A stretch of 64,000 nt of DNA from the human T2T-CHM13v2.0 reference genome, Homo sapiens. The stretch lies in the NCBI RefSeq assembly GCF_009914755.1, contig NC_060932.1; one strand, 5' to 3'. Shown piece by piece: positions 45,851-60,398 of the stretch. Under the pieces are notes generated by a model. The model ran no database searches and was not told the origin of the DNA. It was given only the letters and a program-made list of their open reading frames with translations. A program made the translations under genes and the position numbers. The stretch's first letter is position 1; the number at the start of each line of letters is the position of its first letter.

Positions 45851-47217
45851 ATTGTATGTATAAAGAAGAGAACTTGGGAGTCAAAAGACCTGGCTCAGCT
45901 ATTTTTTGTTATCATATCCTAGGTAAGATATATTCCTGAATCAGTGATCAGGACCACAAAATATGGATGATACCACTCACCTCAAATAGATGTTCTAAGA
46001 ATAATATGAAATTGACATGTGTTAAACCTGCCTAACAAACCCGGCACCGTACTAAATGTTAGCTGAAATGGAATGTAAGATAACCTAGTGCTTTACAAAA
46101 TGTGTACCTTATAGCAAGTGCTTAGTATTAAATGAATGAATGATGCTTTTCAGTTGCTATTACTCTGTGATCCTTAAGCCATACGGCCTTACTACATCCA
46201 GTTTTTTAACTGTGGAAAGACAAGAACCTTTTACCTTCAGAAGTGCTTCAGGATTCGTAAAACATGTTAAGTATCCTGACACTACAACTTCAAGAATTAT
46301 ACATTTATAATATCCCACCAATAAACATCTAACCATAAACACTTCAGCAGCATCTAATAGCCACCTATCTGCCTAAATGATTTACACATCATTAGAAAGG
46401 TATTCTGGAAATGAAGAAGGCAGGGCAAAAAGTTTGCATACACAGAAAACACTTACTTCCCAAGAGGAAAACCTACTACATGGTCAAATAACAGTTTTTG
46501 CTTCTGTTATTCAGCTAAAATTAGGTTTCTTCTGTCACTTCTCAAACAGCTTAAAATATGGAGAAAATCCAGTAATTTTGTGCTGATGGTCAAAATACTA
46601 AATGTAAGAGCAGTGTACCTATGTCTTCTAATTTTAATTTGTTTTTTAGATGTCTGACATCCAGATGTATGGTACTTCTAAAATAAGCATGCAATAAAAA
46701 CAGCATGTGACAATATTTACTAGCACTGTTGAACAGAAAGAGGACTAAGTCTTTTTTTTTTTTTTTTTTTTTTCAAGTAAAGATGGAATAGGTACAGATA
46801 ATTCCCAGCAGAGTTTCTACTGATCACTAACTTGGTCACTACAGAAGCTTAAAGCTATTCTATACTCAAGTGAAACTGTCAATAAAGAAGACAAATAAAA
46901 AATACTATGTTAAATGCTGTATTCTGTATTACAAAAGAATAACAAGCTATTAAACTTCAGCACATGCTTATGTTGAGAAGATAATAAAGAATAAAAAAAA
47001 CAAATTTAACTTTAATGGCTATGTATTTGCATGTGAGATTGGGAATCCACGAGGAACATTTGCTTTGATAGCAAAGATATTTTTAGTATTGTCTCACTAC
47101 AAGTCATTTACATTTCACTTTCTGTGCACTAGGCACATGTTTATATCCTGCTGCAGCACTTTTCCTTACTGATGTGTAAGACATAGTTCTATTTAATAAA
47201 GAGGCTTGCTATCATAT

Positions 47218-47219
<2 letters not shown>

Positions 47220-47253
<34 letters not shown>
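47220..47253. repeat. (TG)16-17 microsatellite
   Basis: Uninterrupted dinucleotide run. Confidence 0.97.
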
Positions 47254-47256
<3 letters not shown>

Positions 47257-47698
47257 TATAAATTGTATTTGACTATATGGCAATTTTCCAATGTAGAAAT
47301 TTCAAAAGTTTTTAACGTGCTCAAATTCACATATCTTTCTGACTTTTGACTTCTACACCAGCCTTAGAAAGCCTTGCCCACTCTAAGATTATATTTTTAA
47401 AATCCCTTCACATGTTTTCTACTGGTAATTTGATAGTTTATGAATAAGTAGAGATCAAAATTTGTTTTCTAAATGGCTAGCCAGTTACCTCAACACCAGT
47501 TACTGAATAATGATCTTTCCTCCATGCCCCACCCCCTACATACATACTGATTTAATTTTTTAATTTCTTATTTTTGAGACATTTATTTATTTATTTATAA
47601 ATTATTCCATTGCTCTATAAGCTTACCAAGTCTTCTTTTGGAGGATGAAACCTAATTGTTACATATTTACTTTCTGGTACTTTTCAATCTTTCTTGTG

Positions 47699-47992
47699 CA
47701 GCGGTGCCCAAACTTTTTGGTACCAGGACCAATTTCATAGAAGACAATTTTTCCACAGATGGAGGTGGGGGGTGGGAGCAAGGATGGTTTCATCAGGCAT
47801 TATATTCTCATATGGAGTGTGCCATCTAGATCCCTCGAGTGCAGTTCGCAATACTCCTATGAGAAATCATTGTTGCCACTGATCTGACAGGAGGTGGAGC
47901 TCAGGCAATAATGCTCACGGCTGCTCGCCTCCTGCTGCGTGGCCCAGTTCCTAACAGGCCACACACTGTGGCCCAAGGGTTGGGGAGCCCTG
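47699..47992 (+). mobile_element. MER1B (hAT-Charlie) non-autonomous DNA transposon with perfect 8-bp TSD ttcttgtg
   Basis: Ends cagcggtgcccaaac / ggttggggagccctg; TSD at 47691-47698 and 47993-48000. Confidence 0.9.
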
Positions 47993-48000
47993 TTCTTGTG

Positions 48001-49100
48001 GATCCACTTTTCATCTGGTGTCATGTATCTTCAGCCTCAAGAACTTCCATTAGCATTTTTTGATATGCAGGTCTCCTAGCAATGAATTCTTTCAACTTTT
48101 ATCTGGGGAAAAAAAATGTTATTTCACCTTCACGTTTTATGGATATTTTTGCTGAATACAGAACTCCAGGTTGATATCTTTATCCTTTCAGGACTTAAAA
48201 TAGGTTATTACACTGTCTTCTGGCCTCCATCGTTTCTGACAAGTCATCTTTCCTGATATTTTAATTCCCCTGTACATAATGTGTCTTTTTTTCCTTTGCT
48301 TGCATTCAACATTGTTTTCTATCTTGGATGTTCAGCAGTTTGATAAAGATGTGCCTAGATGTGGTTTTCCTTGTCTCTATCCTGCTTGGGGTTCACTGAA
48401 CTTCTTGAATTTGAAGTTGATTTAAACCAAATACAGGAATTCGGGGAAAATTATTTCTTTAAGTATTTTTTACCACACTGTCTCTCTCTCTCTTCCCACT
48501 CCTGGAATTCTAATTATTTGTATGTCAGTTTGATTTTTGTCCCAGGGGCAACTGAGGCACTGTTCTTTTTTGTAATCTTTTTTTCTTCGTTCAGTAGACT
48601 GGCAAATTTCTATTGATTTATCTTCAATTTAATCAACTTTTTCTTCTGCCATCTCCAATCTGCTGTTAAATCCATCCAGTGAAATTTTCATTTTAGATAT
48701 TGTACTTTTCAGTTCTATAACATCTATTGTTCTTTTTCATAGTTTCCATTTCTCTGATGAGACTACCCACATGTTCGGTCATTATGATATTTCCCCCTTT
48801 AAGTCCTTAAAAACTGCAGTTGCTATAAAGTCTGTCTGCTAATTCTGCTAATTGCAGAGTCTGCTACCTATTTTTGAGGGAGTCTTGACATGGAATGAAG
48901 CATATTTTCCTGCTTTTTTACATGCCTTGTAACTGCTTATTATAAACTGGATATTGTGGATATCTTATAGAGGCTCTGTAGTCTCTTGTCTTCTCCTGAA
49001 GAGTGAGGACTTTTATTATACTGGGCAATTAAGTCACTGGCTAGTCAACTTGAACTTCTGAAAGCTTGGTTTTATGCTCTTTTAGAGTAGATCTGTGGAA
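48001..49100 (-). mobile_element. Old L1M fragment (antisense on +)
   Basis: gcaggtctcctagcaatgaattct, cactgtcttctggcctccat, ctgctgttaaatccatccagtgaaatttt motifs. Confidence 0.75.
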
Positions 49101-50814
49101 AGCACCCATGTTTACCAATCCCTTCTATCTTGCTGGGAATCAAACACCAAATTCTGTCACCCCTGCAGAAGCCATTAGCTAAAATCTCTATTTAGATTTT
49201 TCTGCCTGCCAGCTGTTGTTTTCCACTGAACTCCTTGGAATCTCCCAAGCACAGTTCTAGGGGACATCTAGATATCTGAAGGGAGTTTACCCACAGATTT
49301 TTGGAAGTTACTTACCATAACTCCCTCCTTTCTGCGATTTATCCTATTTCTGGCCACTTAACTTCCATCCCCTGATACTTCAAGCCAGTAAGACTCTTGA
49401 TTTTCTGCTTGACTTTCAGCTGCCCTACACTACATAGACTTTTCTTTAGGGGGAAAGATGTATAAATTTTTTAAGGAAAACATCTTGCAGTTTTCCAAAG
49501 GATATCTTCATCTAGGCTTTGAGATACAGTATTCTTGAATCTGTACAGGATGCTGTCACAGGAAATTTTAGCCTACTTATGCATCCACGATCTCCACAAT
49601 ATAACTGCTTACTAGACTGCTTTTTTAAAACGATCCTTTAAAAGATTTTCTTGCATTATTCAATACCTGGAACTGTAAGGTCTTCAACGAATGACTAAAT
49701 GTGTTAAACTTTTTGCCTTACTTGCTCCAAGTAACCTGTATAAGTATTAATTCATTTATTCTTTCAACAAATATGTTCAGTGCCTATCATGTGCCAGATA
49801 CTCTTGTAAGTGCTGGATAGTGAACAAAATAGACAAGGTCCCTATTCTGTGGAACTTTCATTCCAGTACATTTAAGCATTGAACAGATACTTCAGATGAT
49901 ATCTTCTCCAAAGAGTAACATGAATGACTTTGCAAGGATCTAAATTTTAATAAGTAACTCCCTCTTTTCTAAGCATAATTTTAAAGAAAAAAATTGATTT
50001 TTATTTGGACATACATATATGGTAGTCCCATAACTGAAACTAGTATTTATCAAAATCCATTTTAAAGCTTTCTTCCTAGTAGACTTTAGATACTTTTGAC
50101 AGCACTCTATTTTTCGTAGTTACAATGGTTTTCTAATACCCAAACATTTTGGTAGACAATTTAAGTTGCACAAAAGAAATCACTATTTATCTAACCAAAT
50201 TATCTAGTATACAGAATATTCATTTTGCTCACTGGGCATAACTTTAGGAACCAATATTAGCAGATAAAAGGTGGGGAAATCCTCAACCCTAGACTCACTA
50301 TTTTGGATCTGCTCAGCCTCTGGTGCTACATAAACGTTCCTAAGGCAATGAAAAAAGGGAAATATCTGTCTTTGTGCAGCATTTACTATATGTAGTGTTG
50401 CAAACACCATCTCATCAAATTTAAATATGGCTATGTACAATTTAATGTAGTAGCTGACTACCAAAAAATAGATAATTATCATAAGCCATCCTTTGATCAG
50501 ACTATAACTTAAAGTGATCTACTAGAAATGATGTATTTCTACCCAAGCTAATTTTGGCCCAAAGTAAACAGAGTTTTTATAAATCTGAATCATATCATTA
50601 AGAGAAGTTTGAGGCATTAAACTAGATTATCATATATCACTTTCTCTTAACAGAGAGAAATCACTGAAGTTCATTATAATAAAGTTTGCTATTACTAAAA
50701 AATCACATTTAAATGTTATTTTTAAGTTATGCCATTCATGATCTATGCTTACTTATAAGACTTGCTTATGAACCTCAAATTTAGAAATGTCATTATTTTC
50801 CTCTAATAAATTGA

Positions 50815-51264
<450 letters not shown>

Positions 51265-52186
51265 TAACAAGCACATTTTTAGAAAAAAATAAAAATGCTT
51301 AAAATAACAGCTAATGCATGGACTGGCTTCAGAGAAATCCATGAAATCTCAAAAGTGTATGTTAATTTGTGAATATATATATATTCTAGGCACAGGATAG
51401 ATCCACAGCTTTCAACACATTCTCCAAGGAGTCTAAAGTACAATGAAAGGTTAACTGTTAATGCTGAGATGTCAGATTTAACTTGCCAGTAAAAGTTAAC
51501 AGTTTCTGTAAATCATTCCTACTCTCGCTATTTACATTATTAGTACAGCATTCACAGCTGTACCAATTATAACCTCAGTTAGAAAATAATTCTATTCCAT
51601 TAGAAGTATTCCAGTTGAAGGTGCAACTCTTTCCACAAGAGTTAAGTTTTTGGGAAGGTTAAAAAACAACTTTCATGGCTAAACAAAGTCTCCGATTCAT
51701 CACACAAGAATAAACATTATGTGGATAGATGGCCGGCCCACAGTAACCCATCACATGTATTGAAAACAAAAATCATACAAACAAAGGTTAATCAATATTG
51801 TATATTCAAAAGACAGGTGACCATAAATATGTCCATAAAGATATTATAATGCTATTGTGTCATCTTTACTTAAAATGGCAATTACCACTGAAAAAATTTT
51901 AAAGTTGATTATTCCTTATGAGGTAAGTCAATTAATAATCTATTTAAAGTCTATTAATAACAGACATGAAGAGATGAAGACATTTAATGCCCAATGTGAA
52001 AGAAAGCAATGTTACTAGATGTACAATCTAAATACCTTTCAATTACTTCAATGTGTCCTTAGACGCGTGAGCACATAATACGCAGATCTAAGGTAACCTA
52101 GGTTCTATGATCTCTACCAAGTAGTTTTATGCCTTTTGTTCAGAAAGGACCTCTCTGTATCATCTGTAAAATGGGGAAAATACTAT

Positions 52187-52575
52187 TGTGGCAGAGATGC
52201 TGTTACATGCTCATCTGCTTCATTTTCCTTCTGAGCACAAAGCAGGACTACATTTTCCCATTCCACTTATGGCTAAGTGTGGCCACATTATTAGTCCTGG
52301 CCAATGCAATCTGACTATAATAATGTATGCCCTTTCAAGGACTGACCTCTAAATCATCCCTGAAAAAAACCTTCAAGCTCTCTTTCTCTTCACACAATGA
52401 CTGGCTGAATGGAGTAATTCTAGTGAGGCAGAACTTAGAGGACAGAGGAGTCACAAGATGGAAAGAATCTGGATACCTGAGTACTACACATGGTTCTTTG
52501 TGTGAGTGAGAAATAAATTGTTATTGTGTTCCACCATGAGATTTTGGGTTTTCTGTTACAGATACAATTATCTAT
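52187..52575 (+). mobile_element. Old MaLR LTR (MLT1J/I-like)
   Basis: tgtggcagagatgc start; gtcctggccaatg; gtgagtgagaaataaa...tgttacag end. Confidence 0.65.
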
Positions 52576-54260
52576 CTTACTCACCTTAAAGCTGGAAAAT
52601 ATAATAAGATGAGGTAACAAAATTTAGCTTAGCTTGGGGGGAAAGGTTTTTTAAATGCTATATAAATATGGGGTAGTGATAGAGTATATTTTGTTGAGTG
52701 AGTAAAGCATGCACTTTGGAGTCAGGATATCTTGAGTTCAAGTTCAGCCTCTGAAACTTACATTAACTATGTGACATTGGGTTAAATTACTAAGACTCAG
52801 TTTCTTCAATTATAAAATGTGAATTACAGTACCTACAGTCCATAGATTATAAAGATTAAATAAAATAACACATCAAGAATTCAGTGAAGGGTATGGTACA
52901 TATAATCACTTAAGTATTACCTGTAAGTATACTCATCTGAGAAGATAGCACAAATGTACCTAAATTTACCATGTATTGGGTTAAAAAAAAAAAAAACACT
53001 TATTACACATTAGGTTAGAAATAAAAACAAATGCTTGGCTCTGAAATGGCTTCCCTAATGAACAGGCACTTGGAAGTTTGGAATACATTATTAAAGTACA
53101 CGAATTTCTCAAAGGTAAATTATATAAATAATGTACAGCTAGTACAAACCTACCTCAAGTGGTCTAATATTAAAAATGGAATGAATATTTTTAATTCAAC
53201 TACTTATAAATGAGGGAGATGGGGATAATTCAACATATCATTAGTGTAGGTGAGTATCAGTTTCCAACAAGTTCTTTAGAAAGTAAATGCTTACCAAGAC
53301 CCAGATATACTCTCTTGGGTTCTAGCCTTAAGATAGTTTCTATAATCTCTCAGAAACAGAAACTCAAAGTTCAGAATAAGCTATTCCCATAAGCCACAAA
53401 GCCTCCCAAAAGAGGTATTTCTTAAACAGCTTCACAAACACGCACCTGCCACATCTACCTGTTTAAGTCCATATTTGATTGGGAGAAGAACAAAATGGTG
53501 CTTTGTGGTTTTAATAATACTCATTACAAGTAATATTCACTACTCAAGTTATTACAAAAAGTAAGCTGCTGCAGAAAGGAATAAAGCATTACTCATTCAA
53601 TTTCTCCAATAAAAAACATTTTGGTTAGCTTATTCCAGGCCCTCTTCGACAAGAAGCACAAACAATACACCATTAGGAAAACCACAGGGAAAGCAGAGCG
53701 CAAAATGCCAGGTATGATCAAGTGCCCAGAGACATGTAAGTTTTTAAATAGGTTTAAAAAAGATACCTAGCTGTCAAAAATTTCCTTCAACTGGTTAAAA
53801 CACACATTGCTGAAGAGAGACTAATTTGAATGCTGCATATCCAAAGGAAAACAGACACATTTTGCTTACTGTGTCCCTTGGTTCTCAACAGAAGGGAAAC
53901 ACTAACCTAGTATTAGATCTTAACCAAGTTTACCTATGTTTTTGAATTTTAATTTCCATATTCGAAAACTAAGGTGATTAAGACCAGATGATGTCTAGGG
54001 TCCCTTAGTTCCAAAAGACTATGATAATAATATACAAATATATAGGCAGTTTTAATATACAGAATACTCTAGGTTAAGTAGATGATTACAATTTTCTAGG
54101 ATAAACAAATAATTGTTGTTTCTGTTCTTTACAAAATGTCTCCAAATTCTCCCAAGTATTAGTATACTCTTCTTAGTAAATTCAGTGTCAAAGTGAATTT
54201 TACCAAGTCTCATGATTAATGTGATTCTACTATTTGGACAATTAGAAGTATTAAGTGTTT

Positions 54261-54567
54261 GGACCGGGTGCGGTGGCTCACGCCTGTAATCCCGGCGCTT
54301 TGGGAGACCAAGGTGGGCAGATCACCTGAGGTCAGTAGTTCAAGACCAGCCTGGCCAACATGGTGAAACACTGTCTCTACTAGAAATACAAAATTAGCTG
54401 GGTGTGGTGGCACATGCCTTTAATCCCAGCTACTCGGGAAGCTGAGGCAGAAGAATTGCTTGAACCCAGGAGGTGGAGGTTGAGTAAGCCAAGATTGTGC
54501 CATTGCACTCCAGCCCGGGTGACAAGAGCAAAACTCTGTCTCAAAATAAAAAAAAGAAAAAAAAAAG
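54261..54567 (+). mobile_element. AluSp/Sq-like, TSD aagtattaagtgttt
   Basis: Full dimer; gacaagagcaaaactc; TSD on both sides. Confidence 0.9.
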
Positions 54568-55150
54568 TATTAAGTGTTTGGACTAATCTTATCCTAACCA
54601 CTTTCTCTGGAAATCCCTCAACTCCATACAAATTATTGATAACAGTAGCATCCCACCTCTCCAATTTTGGAAGCTCATTTGTCTCTTTCTCCTAAAGGAC
54701 ACCATGAGTAAGGGGGAGGGAAGACCTCTGGTTAGCTAAATCATTGTGTGTGCATGTAATTGAATGATATATGTACATAGGAGATAAGAGTGCAATCTGT
54801 AAGAGGTGTTTGGTAGAGATCCTAGAACTTAGTTTTAAAATTTTCTTCAAACTATAAGGTAATTCTCAGATGGAATAATATCTCTTGGGAACCAAGAGGC
54901 ACAATAAGCAAAATGTGTCTGTTTCCCTTTGGGTATGTAGTATTCAAATTAGCTTCTCTTTACACAAGTCTCCCGAAAATGAGATTAAAAACTCACGTAC
55001 AAAGGAAATATTATTAACTGTATAAGGAAAGAAAAGGGAGTATTTTCTAAAGACAGAAAAATCTAGGTAATAATTACACAGCAGGTAAACAATCATAAAG
55101 GTTTATCTCTGTTACGGTTTTCTTACTGAGAATTCAAAAGCAACAAAATC

Positions 55151-55480
<330 letters not shown>

Positions 55481-55859
55481 AGCAACATAATCAGTTTAAC
55501 TACAATTCTAAAACAGACTATTAAATTAGATGTATCAGATATTTAACTAGTCAACTCCTGGGAGACAGTAATCCAAAGACTAATTTGAAAAAGCAGCCAT
55601 CAAAAAACAGAGTGAGTCTTTTAAGTAAGTCAAGAAGATACAAAGAGTGAAAAGGCTACAAATTCTGGACCTATTTCACACAGACAAAAAAACTAGTCAT
55701 GTAAAGGTCCCTGTGCTCATGTACTTACTTGCTCTTCTCAAGAGGCTGCACCAACTTTATGTGGCTGTGAAACCTATCCTTCTAGTGACTCTAGCATTCT
55801 AATCTAACCTATTTTTGTAAGTGAGAAAACTGAATTTAGAGCTAGTAGGTTCGATGTAT

Positions 55860-56028
55860 CACCACTAGTCCCATGAGGCTATTTAAATTAAAATTAAATT
55901 TTAGTTCCTCAGTTGTGCTAGTCACATTTCAAATGCTCTACAACCATAGGTTGCTATTGGCTACCATATTGGACTGAACAGGTCTAGAACATTTCCTTCA
56001 CCACAGAAAGTTCTATTGCACAGCACTG
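55860..56028 (-). mobile_element. MER3 (hAT-Charlie)
   Basis: agttcctcagttgtgctagtcacatttcaaatgct...agaaagttctattgcacagcactg. Confidence 0.8.
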
Positions 56029-56559
56029 GTCTAGAGATGTGACTTACCCACACAGCTAACGTGGCAGAGCTAAAGGCTCAGCATTCTTTCTACTATCTTA
56101 CTGCCTAGACTAGGCCTTCATTAATCACCTGGTATCCAAATTACCACATTATCCTCTTTGTTAAAGTCTGCTTACAAATTTCCACTGGTTTCCCCGAGAT
56201 GAAGAATAAATTTCAAGTTTCCTGTGGCATTAAAAGCCCTCCACAGTGCAACCTCAGTTTCTCACTGTTCTACATAAAAACCCCACACTTTAGCCAACTG
56301 ACCTATTTGTTAAATATCTTAACAAAACATATATAGTTTCAACTCTATGAATTTTCCTACGCCTTTGTCTCTGCCTGGAGTATTCTTTTCCATCTTCACT
56401 GCTAGTCCTACTCCTCTTTCAAGGCCCAACTCCTATCTTATCTCCACAATCATTCTAGGTCAGTAACTATAAATAAGCATTACTAAAAGTTACTCCATGC
56501 TCTTATATACAAGTTTACAATTTTCTAAATATCGTCTAAATATTTTAATATTATTCTTT

Positions 56560-57530
56560 ACTAGAAGGTGGGGAAAAAAGTTAGGCAGAGCAAAGGAGAT
56601 CAGTGTATGTGTGGTGTTGATTACTATTTTAAACAGGGTGATCACAGTCTCATTGAAAGGGTGGCATTTAGCAGAGACCTGAAGGAGGTAAAGGAGGTGT
56701 TAGCTATGTGGAAATCTGGGGAAAGAGCATCCAAGGCACAGAACAGCCACTGCAAAGCCCCTAAGGGAGGAATGTGTCTGGTATGCTCAAGGAATAGCCA
56801 GGAGGCCCTAATATGGCTGAAAATTAATGAGCAAGGCAAAGACTATCTGAGATACATGAGAATGCCAGGTTGTGTGGGGTTAAGGCCACTGTAAGTACTT
56901 TGGCTTTTATTCTAAGTGAGACAGGGAAACTTGGGTTTCTAAAGTGACAGAGATAGTTTAAAATCTAAGTTTAAAAGGATCATTCAAGTGTTGTGAACAG
57001 ATGGGGAGGTATTAAGGATGGTAGCACAGAGAACAGTTTAAAGACTACTGAAGTAATCTATGAGAAAGATGACGATGGCACATCAGTGAAGGTGTTGAGG
57101 ACATGTTTTGAAGGTAAAACTGTAAGGATTTCCTGATGGATTACAAGAGGATTTGGCCTGATTAATCAGAAGGCTGAAACTGCTATCAACTGAAATGGGG
57201 AAGGCTATGAAACACAAGTTTTAAGAGTGAGCCAAGACCAGAAGTTCATTTTTAGACATTTATACTTGAGATATCTCTTATACCTAGGTGGAGATGTATA
57301 TCCAAACACCCGTTTGACAAGCCCAGAGATTAGGAAAAAAGTAAAGCCTAGAGATGTAAATTTTGGAGTTGCTGTTATTTGGATGGTATGTAAAATCGTG
57401 AACACAGATGAAATCACCAAAAAGTAAATATTAAAGAGTAGGGAATGAGGTCTGTAGCATCCCAACATTAAGATGTAGGGGAGAAGAGGCGAATCCAGTA
57501 AAGGAGACAGAAAAGGTGGAAGGGGGATCA
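56560..57530 (-). mobile_element. L2 LINE fragment
   Basis: gtggcatttagcagagacctgaagg, tttggcttttattctaagtgag, ggatttcctgatggatt motifs. Confidence 0.78.
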
Positions 57531-57865
57531 TGGAGGAATTACACTTTAAAGAAGACAAAACCTGTTGGTCTATCCTACTAGTGTTTTACTCATTCCCCTC
57601 CCCCATGTCAACTACATCTTAAAAAGTATACAAAGAGCAAAGAAGGAGCAAGTTAGGAGAAGAAAGAAACGATACAAGCAAAATAACAAAATGTATCTTA
57701 TAAGATATAATCGATTCCTGTTGAGACTGGAGGGTATTAAAACACTTCCTCTGATATTTCTCAGAATTAGAATTCTAACGAAAGAGCTGTTTAGTCTCTG
57801 ATCATCATAGCACATGATATAAAACAACGATAATTAGAGATTTTTGGTTTACTGAAGACTTTTGA

Positions 57866-58322
57866 CTGCATAGTAGTTTCCTGGGGCTGCTGTAACAAAC
57901 TACCACAAACTGGTTGGCTTAAGACAATGGACATTTCTCTTACAGTTCTGGAGGCCAGAAGTCCAAAATCCAGCTGGGCCGTGCTCCCACTGGGGCTTGA
58001 GGGGAGAATGTGTCCTTTGACTCTTCCAGCTTCTGGTGACTATAAGCATTCCTCGGCTTGCGGTTACATCACTCCAATCTCCGCCTCCATGAGCACACTG
58101 CTTCCTCCTTTTCTGCGCGTCGTCTTCTCTGTAATGGGTCTACTTGTCCCTTACAAAGACACTTGTCACTTGATTTTGAGGCTACCTGGATAATCCAGGA
58201 TGATCTTATCTCAAGATTCTTAACTTAATTACATCTGCAAAACCCCTTTTTCCAAATAACATTTGCAGATTCTGGGGATTAGGACATGAACATATCTTTT
58301 GTGGGGTTACCATGCAACACAC
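57866..58322 (-). mobile_element. MaLR solo LTR (MLT1C/D-like), sense to RNF19A; candidate alternative promoter/first exon
   Basis: Typical MLT1 end (tagtttcctggggctgctgtaacaaactaccacaaactgg...cagttctggaggccagaagtcc); donor ACT|gtaaga at 57944. Confidence 0.88.
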
Positions 58323-58425
58323 TAAAATATGGTTCTGGAAATTTTTGCTAAGGACATCAGTAAGGTATGCTAAATTATGCAAAAATCTAAAGGATATTTA
58401 ACGTTTGTGCATAATTTTAAAAATG

Positions 58426-59044
<619 letters not shown>

Positions 59045-59241
59045 CAAAAGTTGGTTTTATATTAAAGGGTATGGCTATAAGGAGAAATCTATTTGATATG
59101 GCTATGTATACAACCAGAAGTCACAACTGCCTACCAGGTAACCACTGCCACCCTTGCTTTGGATAAAAGAATTACAGTCATTGTACTATATACATCATAT
59201 ACCCTAAGATAACAGGCTTTTCTAAATGGTTACTTTATTTT

Positions 59242-59322
59242 CCCCACTTACGCACTCACACTACTTACCAGTTCCCACCCCCACTTACGCACTCACATTA
59301 CTTACCAGTTCCCACCTCCACT
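59242..59322. repeat. Two-copy 37-bp tandem repeat (ccacttacgcactcaca(c/t)tacttaccagttcccacc)
   Basis: Copies at 59244 and 59281, one mismatch. Confidence 0.92.
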
Positions 59323-59681
59323 TTCCAAATGACCTTATTTCATGATTTTATTTAAGGATGCCTATATAAAAAGTCCCATTTATTCCATACAAAAACTGAA
59401 AAACAGATTTGTTCAGGCAATATTAAATAGATGAGAGGTTTAAAATCTGGTGCTCAAACCAACCTAGTCGCCTCTCCTGATTCTATTTAAGAGCATCTTG
59501 TATTGATTTATTGTTACTGATTCCAATGTGGGAGGTAACAGTACATTCTATATGCACCAGTCTCATGGGAACTTCTATCCTGTTTTTTACACTGAGCCTT
59601 GCTCTGACTAGTTACTAATAATTAGAGGATCTCTTTTATAACAGTCTTGTCTGAGTAGCCCAGAGTGTTTCAAAGGCATAA

Positions 59682-59996
<315 letters not shown>

Positions 59997-60220
59997 ATTA
60001 TACATTGGGAAAGACAGTAACGCGCAAAGTCATTTTGTGCGGAGATGTAAAACTGAGAGAAGACAGGTAGCCTGACTTTCAATCCAACTCAATAACTCCA
60101 ATTCGAAGGTGTATGCAATTCTGTATTTGGCCTCAAAAGACACATCAATCAGTTAGAAAAAGACTACAAAAAGACAAGTTCTGCAGAAAGAAACATGTCA
60201 TACAAAACGCCCCTAGAGCT

Positions 60221-60398
60221 ACGCTGTCCAATATGAATAAAAGTACGTAAAGTCACTCATGATAATCTTTCAGATCTATTGGCTTAAATGCATTATGAAA
60301 ACTAATTTTGCCTGTTTCCTTTTACTTCTTTAATGTGGCACTAGAAAATTTTAAATTATATTTGTGGCTCACATTGTATTTCTATTGGACAACACTGC
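60221..60398. mobile_element. MER33-like (hAT-Charlie), internally deleted
   Basis: Terminal inverted repeats cgctgtccaata / tattggacaacactg. Confidence 0.7.
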
